Shown here: one piece after another, positions 23,998 through 34,873 of the stretch
How positions within the stretch are numbered: position 1 is the stretch's first letter
Layout of the letters: each line of letters starts with the position of its first letter
Source: an uncultured delta proteobacterium
GTDB taxonomy: Bacteria > Myxococcota_A > Polyangia > Polyangiales > Polyangiaceae
Direction of reading: 5' to 3'
DNA: 64,000 bases
NCBI GenBank assembly: GCA_963696385.1
Contig: CAVOKF010000001.1
Coordinates: 288,001-352,000, forward strand
The notes under the pieces: generated by a model
Databases searched by the model: none
Told to the model about the DNA's origin: nothing
Seen by the model: the letters and a program-made list of their open reading frames with translations, nothing else
Made by a program: the position numbers and the translations under genes

Positions 23998-24384
23998 GTG
24001 TCTGGCGAAGCCATCCTCATCGTGGACGACAACGCGGCCAACCTGAAGCTCGCGCGCGTGCTCCTGCAAAACGAGGGCTATGAAGTACGCACCGCAGAGG
24101 ACGCCGAGGACGCTCTGGACTTGCTTCGGTCGTTCAGGCCGCGGCTCATCTTGATGGACATCCAGCTGCCCGGTATGGACGGCCTGGAGCTGACCCGACG
24201 CTTGCAGGCCGACGCCGCCACGAAAGACATCGCGATCCTCGCGCTCACCGCCTACGCGATGAAGGGCGACGAGGAAAAGGCCCGTGCAGCGGGATGCGTC
24301 GGTTACATCACCAAGCCGATCGACGTCGGCGCCTTGCCCGACGTCATCGCCCATCACCTCGGAGTGCGGCGGGTGACCCCGTGA
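23998..24384 (+). CDS. Single-domain response regulator (DivK-like)
   Basis: ILIVDDN, LMDIQLPGMDG, ALTAYAMKGD and KPID motifs. Confidence 0.93.
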   Translation: MSGEAILIVDDNAANLKLARVLLQNEGYEVRTAEDAEDALDLLRSFRPRLILMDIQLPGMDGLELTRRLQADAATKDIAILALTAYAMKGDEEKARAAGCVGYITKPIDVGALPDVIAHHLGVRRVTP

Positions 24385-27260
24385 GTGCCTCGCCGATCCT
24401 GATCGTCGAGGACAACGCCGCGACACGAAAGATGATGCGTCTCGCGTTGCAGGCCGAGGGGTACTCGGTCGTCGAGGCCGAGGACGGTGAGGGGGCTTTG
24501 CGCGTGGTTGCGGCGCAAGCGCCGCTTGCGCTCGTGCTGCTCGACTGCAAACTGCCGGACCTCGATGGCTTCGAGATCGCGCACCGACTTCGAGCGATGG
24601 CACCCGACCTGCCGCTGCTTGCGGTCACCGGTTGGGCGCAAGCGGACGAGGCTCGTATGTTGACGGCTGGCTTCCTCGACGTTCTGCAGAAGCCCGTCGA
24701 ACCGTCTCGCCTCGTCGAGATCGTCGCACGCTACGTGGGGCGCACTGAGCCTCGCGCGGCCAAAGCGGGCGCCAGGATCCTCGTCGTGGACGACGATCCC
24801 ACACAGCGCAAGCTCGGACGACTCGCGTTGGGCAGCGCTGGGTTCGAGGTCGTCGTCGCGGAGGATGGCGAGGCCGCACTTCGAATCGCTCGGGAGCGGC
24901 GACCGGACGCGATCCTGAGCGATGTGCTCATGCCGAAAATGGACGGGTTCGGGCTCTGCAAAGCGGTTCGGGCCGATTTAGCCCTGTCGAGCGTTCCGAT
25001 CGTCCTCATGTCGGCTCACTACGTGGAGGACGCGGATCGCGAGCTGGCCGATCGATTCGGCGCGAACCGATATGTCTCCCGAACGGGGGGCTATGACGCG
25101 GCCGTACGGGCGCTGCTCGACGCGATCGAATCGCCGGGTGCCCGATGTGCGGTCCCGTCCCCGGACGAACTTCAGGCCGACTATCTCCGTCGCATTGCGC
25201 ACCAGCTCGAGCGTCAGGCAACCCTTGGAGCGGGTCTTGCGCGGCAAGTCACCCTGCAGGCGACTGCACTGTCGGTGCTCGACGGTCTCTCGGAGTCGCT
25301 GGCACGGCAGCTTGACCCCGAAAACGCTCTCGCCGAGACACTGGCCATATGCCTCGATGCGGCGGGCCTCTCGGTCGGAGCGATCCTGCTGCGTGAAACC
25401 GACGGCCGGCTGACGGCCAAGGCGAAGCTCGGATGGCCGATCGAGAGCGATTGGGGGCTCCACTCTGAGGTTCTATTCGACGCGATCCGACGGGGCGGCA
25501 TCGTGATCCCGTCCGACGAAGTGGGGCGCCCGGGCGAGGAGCTGCTCTCGGCTCTCGGCGTGGCGTCGGCCCTCGTCGTCCCGATCGTCGCGCGAGACGA
25601 GCCGCTGGGGGTCCTCGTGCTCGCCTCCAACCGCGAGGATCTTGCCGGTCCGGGCGGCGAGTCCTTTGTGAGTGCCGCTCGCTCGATCTCCATGCAGCTC
25701 GGGCAAGCGCTGGCCTTGAGTCGCACGTTCTCGAAGCTGGCGAATGCCGAACAGCGATACCGCGCTCTTCTGGACAACGCCCGCGATGCCATCACCGTGT
25801 TGACCCCCGGCGGCGTCATCCTCGAAGCCAACCGCGCCTGGGAACGCTTGATGGGCGTGCCGCGAGAGCACGCGCTCGGGCGCAACGTCGCGGACTTCGC
25901 CCCCGACCCGAAGTCGGGGCTGCAGTCCGAGTACGACAAGGCCGTCGCCCAGCGAGGTGGCTCGGTGCCTCCCAGCCTGATTCGGCGACCCGACGGAACC
26001 GAAATCCAAGTCGAACTCTCTCGGACCGCCGTCGAGATCGCGGGTGAGAAGTTCATCCTCTCGATTGGTCGCGACGTGACCGATCGACTCCGCCTCGAGG
26101 AGCAGTTCCGTCAAGCGCAGAAGATGGAGGCCATCGGGAATCTGGCGGGCGCTATTGCGCACGACTTCAACAACTTGCTTTCGGTGATCCTGAGCTACGC
26201 GGCGCTTGCTCTCGGCGACCTGAAGCCGGGCAATCCCCTGCGCGAGGACCTCGAGCAAGTGAAGCGAGCGGGCGAGCGGTCCTGCGATCTCACGCGGCAG
26301 CTTTTGGCTTTCAGTCGGCAGCAGCTGCTTCAACCGCAGATCCTGGACCTCAACGCCATTTTGGCGGGCATGGAAAAGATGCTTCGGCGCCTGCTCGGGG
26401 AGGCCGTGCAGCTGTCGCTCCTCACCTTCACGAACATCGGCAGGGTCCATGTGGATCGGGGGCAAATCGAGCAGGTCATCATGAACCTCGCGGTCAACGC
26501 TCGCGATGCCATGCCGAGCGGCGGCAAGCTTTCCATCGAGACCGGCAACGTCGATCTCGATGCAGTCTACGCAGCCCAGCATCACGGACTGACGCCCGGC
26601 CCCTACGTGATGCTCGCTGTGACCGACACCGGAACGGGAATGGATGCTGCCACGCGAGCGCGGATCTTCGAACCGTTCTTCACGACCAAAGAGATGGGCA
26701 AGGGCACAGGTCTGGGACTCGCCACCGTCTTTGGGATCGTGACGCAGAGTCACGGGCACATCTGGGTCTATAGCGAGCCCGGCAAGGGGACGACCTTCAA
26801 AATTTATTTCCCAAGGCGCGAGCCAGTCGCGGACGATGAGTTGCCGGCCGTCGCCCCAACGACCGGTCTCCGCGGCTCCGAGACGGTTCTGCTCGTCGAG
26901 GATGAAGATCAGGTGCGCGCGCTTGCACGCCGGATCCTCGGCCAGAATGGATACAACGTTCTCGAGGCCCAGAACGGGGGCGAAGCGTTCCTCATTTGCG
27001 AGCAATTCGAGGCCAGAATCCACCTTCTCGTGACGGATGTCGTGATGCCGCGCATGAGCGGCAAGCAACTGGCCGAGCGCCTCGCCGTGGTTCGCCCGGA
27101 CATGAGGGTGCTCTTCATGTCGGGCTACACCGACAACACCATCGTTCACCACGGGGTACTCGATGCGGGCGTCGCGTTCCTTCAGAAGCCGATCACGCCG
27201 GATGCCTTCCTGCGGAAGGTCCGTGAAGTGCTCGACGCATCGAGCCGGAGGAGCCCGTGA
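24381..27260 (+). CDS. REC-REC-GAF-PAS hybrid histidine kinase with C-terminal REC (CckA-like core)
   Basis: Two N-terminal receivers, GAF-like and PAS segments, [33 protein letters not shown] and a terminal receiver. Confidence 0.95.
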   Translation: MSASPILIVEDNAATRKMMRLALQAEGYSVVEAEDGEGALRVVAAQAPLALVLLDCKLPDLDGFEIAHRLRAMAPDLPLLAVTGWAQADEARMLTAGFLDVLQKPVEPSRLVEIVARYVGRTEPRAAKAGARILVVDDDPTQRKLGRLALGSAGFEVVVAEDGEAALRIARERRPDAILSDVLMPKMDGFGLCKAVRADLALSSVPIVLMSAHYVEDADRELADRFGANRYVSRTGGYDAAVRALLDAIESPGARCAVPSPDELQADYLRRIAHQLERQATLGAGLARQVTLQATALSVLDGLSESLARQLDPENALAETLAICLDAAGLSVGAILLRETDGRLTAKAKLGWPIESDWGLHSEVLFDAIRRGGIVIPSDEVGRPGEELLSALGVASALVVPIVARDEPLGVLVLASNREDLAGPGGESFVSAARSISMQLGQALALSRTFSKLANAEQRYRALLDNARDAITVLTPGGVILEANRAWERLMGVPREHALGRNVADFAPDPKSGLQSEYDKAVAQRGGSVPPSLIRRPDGTEIQVELSRTAVEIAGEKFILSIGRDVTDRLRLEEQFRQAQKMEAIGNLAGAIAHDFNNLLSVILSYAALALGDLKPGNPLREDLEQVKRAGERSCDLTRQLLAFSRQQLLQPQILDLNAILAGMEKMLRRLLGEAVQLSLLTFTNIGRVHVDRGQIEQVIMNLAVNARDAMPSGGKLSIETGNVDLDAVYAAQHHGLTPGPYVMLAVTDTGTGMDAATRARIFEPFFTTKEMGKGTGLGLATVFGIVTQSHGHIWVYSEPGKGTTFKIYFPRREPVADDELPAVAPTTGLRGSETVLLVEDEDQVRALARRILGQNGYNVLEAQNGGEAFLICEQFEARIHLLVTDVVMPRMSGKQLAERLAVVRPDMRVLFMSGYTDNTIVHHGVLDAGVAFLQKPITPDAFLRKVREVLDASSRRSP

Positions 27261-27295
27261 TAGTCAATCGTGCCCCGTTGGGTTAGAGAAAGGCC

Positions 27296-28351
27296 ATGCA
27301 CTGGCAACGGCTGGCGCCACGGGCAGCAGGACTAGCGATCGCTTTCGCGACGCTCCCGAGCGGCATGGCCTACGGCCAAAGCCGGGAAGAAGCAACGGAC
27401 AAGGTGGGCGCCGAAGCGCTGTTCGAGGACGGCCGTCGGTTGGTCGAAGCCGGCAAGTACGCCGAGGCACGTCCGAAATTTGCTGACAGCCAAAGGCTTG
27501 ACCCCTCCCCGTCGACGCTGCTGAACCTTGCGAACTGTCTCGAAAAGCTTGGCCGGACGGCAACCGCCTGGGCCACCTACAAGGAAGCCGGCAGCTTGGC
27601 GAGCGCCGGAGGACGCAACGACTACGTGGAAACGGCTGACCGACACGCGAACACGCTTTTGCCGAAGCTGGCGCGCCTGATCGTGAACGTTCCGCACGCC
27701 GTGGACGGGATGGTAGTGAAGCGTGACGGCGCCGTTCTCGAGCACTCCGAATGGGGAAACCCCATTCCGATCGACGCCGGTCCGCATGTCTTGATTGCGA
27801 CGGCGCCAGGCCACGCGTCGTGGATCTCCACCGTGGAGATCGCGCAGGACGGACTCGAGGTATCCGTGGTCGTGCCGGCGCTCGAATCGGTTCCGGATGC
27901 GACGCGGCCCTTGGGGTCCGCTTTTTCACCCCCCATCGCGTCACAGCCGACCCCCGTCGCTGCGGCCGCGGAGGCGGCTCCGAGCCATCTAGGCGACCGC
28001 CAGCGTATTATCGGCTGGGTCGTTGGAGGGGCCGGAGTCGCTTCGCTCGGCGTCGGTGCGGTGTTTGGAGCCGTTGCCATCAGCAAACATAACTCCTCGA
28101 GAGACGCCATGGCGGGTGCATGCGATCCGGACGATGCGACCTCCTGTGAGCCCGAGGTGGTTCAGGAGCGCAATGACGCACGCAACGCCGGGAATATCGC
28201 AAACTGGACGTTGGGAGCGGGCGCAGCCGGCCTCGTCGCCGGCGCCGTGCTTTGGATTACGGCGCCGCACGGCGGAAGGCAACGGAGGCCCGTTGCCGGG
28301 TGGTTCGTTGTTCCTGCGCTGGGTGGCGCAGTACTGCGAGGAGCGTGGTGA
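27296..28351 (+). CDS. Myxobacterial TPR/PEGA-like exported protein
   Basis: Signal peptide, AEALFEDGRRL...TLLNLANC TPR, PIDAGPH PEGA-like beta domain and hydrophobic C-terminus. Confidence 0.85.
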   Translation: MHWQRLAPRAAGLAIAFATLPSGMAYGQSREEATDKVGAEALFEDGRRLVEAGKYAEARPKFADSQRLDPSPSTLLNLANCLEKLGRTATAWATYKEAGSLASAGGRNDYVETADRHANTLLPKLARLIVNVPHAVDGMVVKRDGAVLEHSEWGNPIPIDAGPHVLIATAPGHASWISTVEIAQDGLEVSVVVPALESVPDATRPLGSAFSPPIASQPTPVAAAAEAAPSHLGDRQRIIGWVVGGAGVASLGVGAVFGAVAISKHNSSRDAMAGACDPDDATSCEPEVVQERNDARNAGNIANWTLGAGAAGLVAGAVLWITAPHGGRQRRPVAGWFVVPALGGAVLRGAW

Positions 28352-29136
28352 GGAAGCCATTTATCATCGGGGCCCTTGCAGCCACCGCGGCGGCACTCGC
28401 GAGCGGCGTGCTCATGTGCAATTGGGTGACTGGCAACCGCGAGCTCACCGCGGAGCCGTGCACGGGGAACTATTGTGCTCAGTGTGTTCCGTACTGCAAC
28501 GCAGTCATGCAGGCATGTCCACCCGGTGGCACTAGCGAGAACATGGAATACTTGACGACGGACGTCTGCATACGGGCGTGCAATGCCAATGGCAACTTGT
28601 GGACCAGTCCCACCATCTACGCTCCCCCCGACACCATGATAACGGAGCTCGCGTGTCGGCAAGCCATGATCGCCGACGGCGGCTTCTCGTGCGCAAACGC
28701 TGGCCCACTCGGCGGAACTGGAGCGTGCATTTCTGATGCGAGCGAGCCATGCGCGGCATTCTGTCAGCTGGATCTGCAGGTGTGTGCCGGGAACGATAAC
28801 CTGCAATACGATGGCGGCATGAGCGATTGCATGAACCAATGCTTACTTCATTATCCATACGTCGTCCCCGACAGCGGGGGCGATCTGACCAATTACGAGG
28901 GAGATCTGCTGACACCCGCCGATATGGAAAACAGTGACACGCTCAACTGTCGGTTTTACCACCTGGAGAATGCCATGAGGGATGCCTCCGGCTACGGACC
29001 CGCGCACCACTGCAGCCATACCGGTTCAACGAACAGCGCCAACAGCGGGGGAAACGTCGTGCAAAACGCGTACTGTCACCCCGGTTGGATGGCATTGACG
29101 AATGGTGACGCCGGAACCGAAGACTCCGGGGACTAG
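28348..29136 (+). CDS. Cys-rich exported hypothetical protein
   Basis: GTGA overlap with the upstream gene, hydrophobic N-terminus, many Cys, DTLNCRFYHLENA...HCSHTG motif. Confidence 0.75.
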   Translation: MRKPFIIGALAATAAALASGVLMCNWVTGNRELTAEPCTGNYCAQCVPYCNAVMQACPPGGTSENMEYLTTDVCIRACNANGNLWTSPTIYAPPDTMITELACRQAMIADGGFSCANAGPLGGTGACISDASEPCAAFCQLDLQVCAGNDNLQYDGGMSDCMNQCLLHYPYVVPDSGGDLTNYEGDLLTPADMENSDTLNCRFYHLENAMRDASGYGPAHHCSHTGSTNSANSGGNVVQNAYCHPGWMALTNGDAGTEDSGD

Positions 29137-29262
29137 CGGCAATCTGCTCACCGCGATGCGAATTCCGTGACTGGTCATTTCCGCAAGGGGATTCGTCGAC
29201 ATCCGCTGTGCCCAGCGCCGCCCTGCCGGCGGCCCCTCCGTAAGGATTTCACCGAGGACTTC

Positions 29263-29757
29263 GTGAGACCCTCGAGAGCGGCTTTCACATCGGCGCGTTG
29301 GTCTCCCATTGCAAAAGTCTTAGGATGCGGTGTCGTGTCTTTGCTGTGCGCTCTACCCTCCTGCAGCAGCGGTTCGAGCTCCGCACCGGAGACGAAGGCC
29401 GAGAGCGGGGACTCTGCAGCTGCGCCTGCGACGTTCACGGAAGTGTACAGCACGATCCTGCAGCCGACATGCAGTTCTTGCCACAGGCCGGGCGGAGAAG
29501 CCTCCTTCCAGGACTTCAGCTCCCAGTCCAACGCGTATCTCGCGCTCGTGGGGGTAAAGGCCTCGGGCCCCGGATGCGGGTCGACGGACGAAACGCGCGT
29601 CGTGCCCGGAAACGCTTCGCAGAGCCTCCTGTTCCAGAAAATCTCGGAGTCGACCCCGCCGTGCGGATCCCAAATGCCGCTTGGAGAACCTCCACTCTCG
29701 AGCGCTCTGATGACGGTGATTAAGGACTGGATCACGGCCGGAGCCCTAAACGACTGA
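29263..29757 (+). CDS. c-type cytochrome lipoprotein
   Basis: LPSC lipobox, CSSCH heme motif, VVPG..S.L..K, QMP and WITAGA. Confidence 0.85.
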   Translation: MRPSRAAFTSARWSPIAKVLGCGVVSLLCALPSCSSGSSSAPETKAESGDSAAAPATFTEVYSTILQPTCSSCHRPGGEASFQDFSSQSNAYLALVGVKASGPGCGSTDETRVVPGNASQSLLFQKISESTPPCGSQMPLGEPPLSSALMTVIKDWITAGALND

Positions 29758-29843
29758 TCGGGGCGAGCCACGGGCGAAGATGTGGTCGAGTAGCCCGGGA
29801 GATCGTTGCAACGGGCTTACAACAATTCAGTCTTTCCGAGGAT

Positions 29844-31277
29844 TCATCGCCGCGAAGGGATTCCGTCGTTGTCTAGCGTGCTCGCGGGAGCTTGCGCCGT
29901 GACCGCGCCGGGGACCGCCACGACCTTCGTCGGTATGGGCGTCGGGGGCGCTCGCTGGGGCGTTGGTGCCGGGGCATTCCGAGGTGGGAGGGGAGAGATA
30001 CTCGAGGGACCGTCGGCAGCGGGATGAGGCGGAATCTCGAGAGCGGGCTGCGGCGAGATGTGGACCACGGGTTCGGGCGGCGGCGGCGGGACCTCCCGGG
30101 AAGCTGTAGAGAGCGGCGATCGGATCGGGTGCGCATCGACGATCGTTGGGACCTCACCGGCGGGCGGCGCGTGCCCGACAAGGTCTGTTCTTGAAGGTGG
30201 GCGCCGCTGAAGCGCCACGAACACCAGCGCTCCACCGGCCGCCGCGAACACGACGCCCACGATCGCCATCACCCCGCCCTTTTTGACCTTTCCCACGAAA
30301 TGGCTCCCCCACCCTGCGAGGGTGTTGACCTTTTCGGGAACGGGACGGGCGACGTGTGGAACCGTCGAGGGAGACCCCGAACGCATGGCAACGTCACTGG
30401 ACCGAGCGAGCACGTTCGGACCAAGGGCGTCGAGTGCCGCCGCAACCTCGGCCGCATTGGCAAATCGCCGGGTCGCGTCCTTTTCGAGACAGCGGTCGAT
30501 GATTGCGACGACCTCCCGATGGACGTCCGCGCGCAGTGTGGACAACGGACAAGGCGGGTCGTGAGCGATCTTGACGCAGAGCGCGGCGTACGTCTCCCCT
30601 TCGAACGGGTAACGGCCCGTCAGGAGTTCGAAGAGCACGACCCCGAGCGACCAGACGTCGACCCGTGCATCAACGTCACGCGACGAGAGCATTTGCTCGG
30701 GAGCCATGTACAGCGGCGACCCCAGCACGGCAGATGTTTTCGTGAGGGCGCGGCCCGTCACGCCTTCGATGGTTTTGGAAATGCCGAAATCGAGGACCTT
30801 CAGTTTTGGTCCGCCGTCTGGCGTATTCGTCAAGAATAGGTTTTGCGGCTTCAGGTCGCGATGCACGATTCCGACGCTATGGGCCTCGGCCAGCGCCATG
30901 CATGCTTGTCGGAGCAGTCGCAGCGCAAAGGCCACAGGCAGCGGCCCCCGCTCGCCCATGATCTTTCCGAGATCGCTCCCTTCGAGGAACTCCATGACCA
31001 TGTAAGGAACGCCCGAGTCCAGGACGCCGACGTCGAGCACCTTGGCTACGTGTTCGCTCTTCAGGCTGGCGGCAGCGCGCGCTTCCCGCAGAAAGCGAGT
31101 GGCCGCGTCGGGATTGCCGAGTGCTTCCTCCCGGACGAATTTGATCGCAACGAGTTGGTCCAGCTGCTCGTGGCGAGCCGCAACAACGATGCCCATTCCG
31201 CCCGAACCGATCACACGCTCGACGCGATATTTTCCGAAGAGAAGGTCGCCTTCCTTGACCCCCGTCTTGGCCATCAC
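29844..31277 (-). CDS. Ser/Thr protein kinase (Hanks type) with TM segment and Pro-rich tail
   Basis: GSGGMG, VAIK, HRDLKPQN, DFG and YMAPE motifs. Confidence 0.96.
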   Translation of the reverse strand: MMAKTGVKEGDLLFGKYRVERVIGSGGMGIVVAARHEQLDQLVAIKFVREEALGNPDAATRFLREARAAASLKSEHVAKVLDVGVLDSGVPYMVMEFLEGSDLGKIMGERGPLPVAFALRLLRQACMALAEAHSVGIVHRDLKPQNLFLTNTPDGGPKLKVLDFGISKTIEGVTGRALTKTSAVLGSPLYMAPEQMLSSRDVDARVDVWSLGVVLFELLTGRYPFEGETYAALCVKIAHDPPCPLSTLRADVHREVVAIIDRCLEKDATRRFANAAEVAAALDALGPNVLARSSDVAMRSGSPSTVPHVARPVPEKVNTLAGWGSHFVGKVKKGGVMAIVGVVFAAAGGALVFVALQRRPPSRTDLVGHAPPAGEVPTIVDAHPIRSPLSTASREVPPPPPEPVVHISPQPALEIPPHPAADGPSSISPLPPRNAPAPTPQRAPPTPIPTKVVAVPGAVTAQAPASTLDNDGIPSRR

Positions 31278-31564
31278 ATTTCATTAAATAGCATGGGAGC
31301 CATCTCCGGCGGGCAAGCAAGCGATCTCGGTCGTAACGAGGCCGGGACCCGAGCGGTAAGCGTTCGAGACTGCATGGGTATTCGCCGTAATGGCCCGCAC
31401 TCTTCCCGGCCAACGTTTCTCCGAAGATGGGGGGGCGATGGGGGCGCTGCCTGGTCCGGGGCGGCCGCACGTTCCCCCTTGCGACCGGAGGCGCGCGGGT
31501 CATCATGGATGATGAAAGGTCAACGGAAAGGGGCGATCCAATCGCAAGGACGCGTCTTGTGCCC

Positions 31565-31578
31565 GGCACGGGCCATGC
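31565..31578 (+). promoter_or_regulatory. Putative sigma54 promoter
   Basis: C-GG-CACGGGCCAT-GC-G; ATG 31594 lies 16 nt after the final C. Confidence 0.5.
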
Positions 31579-31593
31579 GTTGCAGGGCGAGCG

Positions 31594-32622
31594 ATGAAGG
31601 TGTTCTTGCGTCGTGGATGGGGCGCTTCGGCATTTGTCGCCGTAGGACTCGGCACGGGCATCGTCGGAGAGCCGCCCCGACACGAAGTGGAGACCGCCGG
31701 TCGCACAGAGCTTCTGGCCGAGCGGGAAGAGCTGTTTCACGCGATGGCGACCGAGCTCGATCTGAGCGAAGCCCAGCTCGCTCGCGTGCGGCAGATCGTG
31801 TCGCGCTCCCCGGTCCTCGGCCAAGGCAATCCCCGCATCAGCATGCATCCCATGACTCGGCAAGAGTGCCGCGCCATCCGAGCGGATGTACCCGCGACAC
31901 CCGTCGATGGTTCGCGGTGTGGGGCGCCGAACATGGTGCCCATCTACGATCCAGAGGCCGGGGAGTCGGCAAGTGATGCGCGCACGTGCATCGATCAGTA
32001 CGAGTTCCCCGACGTGGCCTGCGAATACCCGGTCGTGCACGTCACGGCGCACGAGGCCGTGCTTCTTTGCGAAGCGGTCGGCAAGCGCATCTGCGACGCG
32101 CACGAGTGGGAAGGCGCCTGCGCCGGAGCCGTTCACGAGCCCGACCTCGAATACGCGTGGGGACGCTCGCGTGCGGAAATGCAATGGCTTCACAACGAGG
32201 CGCGAGAAATGATTTGGGCCTATGGGCCGACCAAAGATCACTCCAAATGCGCGACCGGGAGTCTTAAGAGCCCAACGTGTCCGGGCAGTGGGTACGACCT
32301 TTGTGGGTCGAACACGTATCCGGCCGGCGCTTTTCCGGCGTGCGTGAGCCCATTCGGCGTCTACGACCTGCACGGCAACGTCGCCGAGCACATGAATCTG
32401 CCCATGCGCCCCGAGGAGCTCGCGAGCCGGGGCGGCTACGGCCGGACGGAGATGAAAGGCAGCTGGTTTATTTTCGCGACCCTCGAGGCGCACCCGGACG
32501 ATTGCCGCTGGCGCGCGCCGGACTGGCACGGCTCACGGATTACCGACGTCGCGAGTCACAGCAACTATCACCTGGGCTTTCGCTGCTGCAAGTCGCTGGC
32601 GTCGCCCGAATGGCAGCCGTAA
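31594..32622 (+). CDS. FGE-sulfatase (SUMF1/EgtB/PvdO) domain protein
   Basis: CIDQYEFP, GKRIC..EWE.AC, SPFGVYDLHGNVAE and GFRCC motifs. Confidence 0.9.
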   Translation: MKVFLRRGWGASAFVAVGLGTGIVGEPPRHEVETAGRTELLAEREELFHAMATELDLSEAQLARVRQIVSRSPVLGQGNPRISMHPMTRQECRAIRADVPATPVDGSRCGAPNMVPIYDPEAGESASDARTCIDQYEFPDVACEYPVVHVTAHEAVLLCEAVGKRICDAHEWEGACAGAVHEPDLEYAWGRSRAEMQWLHNEAREMIWAYGPTKDHSKCATGSLKSPTCPGSGYDLCGSNTYPAGAFPACVSPFGVYDLHGNVAEHMNLPMRPEELASRGGYGRTEMKGSWFIFATLEAHPDDCRWRAPDWHGSRITDVASHSNYHLGFRCCKSLASPEWQP

Positions 32623-32686
32623 AGCGGAAATCCACGCCACATTGGCCAGACCCAAGCGTCACGACGGCGAGGGCAAGACATCCCTG

Positions 32687-32914
32687 TCAAAACTTGATGC
32701 CCCCTTGCACGTTGCCCATGAACGCCGCCTTCGAATTGTCGAGTCCGGGCGTGAAGAAGACGTTCGCATCCGCTCCGACGAACCAAAGTCCGAAGCCGAG
32801 CAGCGCGGTGAGGCCCGACTCGACGAAGAGGTTGTGCGTGTCCCGGCCGGTACCACCCGAGAACGACGTGTGAATCGCGTAATTTCCGACCTGGACCGTA
32901 GGTCGGAGCGTCAA
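32687..32914 (-). pseudogene. C-terminal fragment of an outer-membrane beta-barrel protein
   Basis: Amphipathic beta strands ending ...GNVQGGIKF with terminal Phe; no signal peptide or N-terminal part. Confidence 0.5.
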
Positions 32915-32946
32915 GAGGGGGTGGCGAGAGCTCGTCGCGTCGCCCG

Positions 32947-34314
32947 TCAGGGGTCCACGCGCGCCAACCAGTGGTGGGCTCCCTGCATCGTGATCCCCGC
33001 CTGGGCACCGGTAAACACATGCACGTTAGGGCTCCCCGGCGGAGCGATCGCGACGAGTTGCCCCCAGGATCCTGCCGAGCAGGTGGTCGCCGAACCGCCG
33101 GTGAGAGTGGTCACGGCGGCGGGCATCGAAGTCATGTAGTTGGCCCGCAATGCCACGACCGTGCCAGCCGTCGTGGCGACCAGGGCTCTTTGGTCGGGCC
33201 CCTCGGGCATTTCGGCGGCGAGAGTCCACGACGACAGGTCCGGGGAGACGGCCCAGATTTGATCCTCGCTGTCTGAATAGGAGTTCACGAGCCCGTAATT
33301 GATTACGGGTCCGGCGACGACTTCATCCAGCACCGCCAGCGGCCCGGCTTTCGTCAGCGAGCTCGTCCACTGCGTGCCGTCGAAGGCGTCGAGCACGTAG
33401 TTGCCCATGCCCATGGCGCCCGCGGTGGCATACCCAATCCCGAGGACGTGGGTCGGGTCGGCCGCTTGGATGGTCGTCAAGGTGTAGGGCTCGTTTCCCG
33501 CCGGAAGACTGCTCGGCGTCCAGTTGCCGCCCGCGAATTCGAAGACCGACCCGGGCCCCACCAAGTTGTCGTCGGTGCGCGCACTGAGCAACGCGTGTTC
33601 AGGACCGAGCACGAGAAGGGCGAAGCCTGTCGGAAATCCCGCGGGCTGCGCCAACGACACCCAGGAGCCGCTCACGTTGCGCAAAATCTCAGTCGACTCC
33701 TGGGTTGGCGCCGAGAGCATCCAAAGGTCGGCGTCGGACGTGCCCGACATCGCCAGGATGCTCCCCGTCGCAGGCAGCGGGACCACCGTCCATGCCAATC
33801 CGTGCCACTGTGCGATCGCCGCGACATGGATCAGCGAGGGCCAAGTCCCGTCCTCGACGCCCAACGCGACATTGAGGTCGGAGTCGCTCGTACCCCAAAC
33901 GGCGTAAGGGCGACCGAGCGGATAGCCCTGCGACGTGAGCGCGGAGAACGCGACGTCTTCCGTCCAGTTGCCGCAGGCGGACGGCGAGGACGCACCAGGG
34001 CTAGGCGGGGCTGGCGTGGCAACCACCCCGGCTTCGACGGCCTGCTCCGGCAGAAGGCTCGCATCCGGAGTGGAGCCGACAATCGGTGTTGGTGAGGGAT
34101 TTCCGGGGCCTGACGGCGAAGACGGAGCGTAGGACGCAGCTGCATCGGCTCCGGCCGCAGCGGAGGACGAAGAGAGAGGACCTTCAGGACCTTCGGGCAC
34201 TCCCGCGCCCGACGAGTCCACGGCACCGCCGCAATGAATCAAGGTACCCAAAAGCGATACGGGCAGCCAGACGGACGCCTGACGCCCCGCCCAAGATCGG
34301 ATGCTATGGATCAT
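32947..34314 (-). CDS. Exported beta-propeller-like lipoprotein, hypothetical
   Basis: LIHC lipobox-like motif, Pro/Ser linker, repeated VWGTSDSD / MSGTSDAD / FDGTQW-type blades. Confidence 0.7.
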   Translation of the reverse strand: MIHSIRSWAGRQASVWLPVSLLGTLIHCGGAVDSSGAGVPEGPEGPLSSSSAAAGADAAASYAPSSPSGPGNPSPTPIVGSTPDASLLPEQAVEAGVVATPAPPSPGASSPSACGNWTEDVAFSALTSQGYPLGRPYAVWGTSDSDLNVALGVEDGTWPSLIHVAAIAQWHGLAWTVVPLPATGSILAMSGTSDADLWMLSAPTQESTEILRNVSGSWVSLAQPAGFPTGFALLVLGPEHALLSARTDDNLVGPGSVFEFAGGNWTPSSLPAGNEPYTLTTIQAADPTHVLGIGYATAGAMGMGNYVLDAFDGTQWTSSLTKAGPLAVLDEVVAGPVINYGLVNSYSDSEDQIWAVSPDLSSWTLAAEMPEGPDQRALVATTAGTVVALRANYMTSMPAAVTTLTGGSATTCSAGSWGQLVAIAPPGSPNVHVFTGAQAGITMQGAHHWLARVDP

Positions 34315-34328
34315 GGGTCCTGGGTATC

Positions 34329-34342
34329 GCAAGAAGCGTTCC
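34329..34342 (-). promoter_or_regulatory. Putative sigma54 promoter
   Basis: Minus strand GG-AACGCTTCTT-GC-G, 15 nt before ATG 34314. Confidence 0.55.
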
Positions 34343-34517
34343 CCGCATTCGTGAGATGCCTTGCCCGAGCCCTGTCGAGGGCCCGAGCCGGTCTTGCAAT
34401 GTGACGAGCATGGGCTGCACCACGAACTGTGTTCATCGTCCATTCCAGCTCCACCAACGCCGGGGAGACTTTCGCGAACGAGACGGGAAACGATCGCGCG
34501 CGTCGGGCACGATCAGG

Positions 34518-34844
34518 TCAGACCTCGGTCAGCTTGACGCGCCGGCCCCCGAAGATCGCGGCCACCTCGAGCTCGCCTCCGAGCGCCTCGACGTAGCGCC
34601 TCAGCGTCGAGATCCTGTGATCTCCGCGGCTTTCGAGCCGCGAGAGCTCGGACTGCGTCATTTCGGCGGTGCGCGCGACGTCGACCTGGGTCATCGCCAT
34701 CCCTCGCCGGAGCTCCCGGAGCGTGAGCTCTTCGACCCGGGCGCGCGCCCGGCGCGTGACCCGCGCGATCGCTGGCCCGTCCAGTCGCTCCGCCCTCACC
34801 GATTGCCAGCTCCGCGTCCCGGCGGGCTCTCTTCGCGTGTCCAT
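34518..34844 (-). CDS. XRE/HigA-like HTH antitoxin
   Basis: LRELRR..MTQVDVA..MTQSELSRLE.RGD.RISTLRRYVEALGGELEV. Confidence 0.9.
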   Translation of the reverse strand: MDTRREPAGTRSWQSVRAERLDGPAIARVTRRARARVEELTLRELRRGMAMTQVDVARTAEMTQSELSRLESRGDHRISTLRRYVEALGGELEVAAIFGGRRVKLTEV

Positions 34845-34873
34845 CTCCGTCCTCCGTTTCGCCCGAATTCGAC

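Noticed and set aside
25473..27152. Long antisense/alternative-frame ORFs (also 30877-32529, 6111-7388, 47967-49229, 62430-63473 and many others)
   Set aside because: Shadow ORFs of high-GC coding DNA overlapping well-supported genes, with no motifs of their own.
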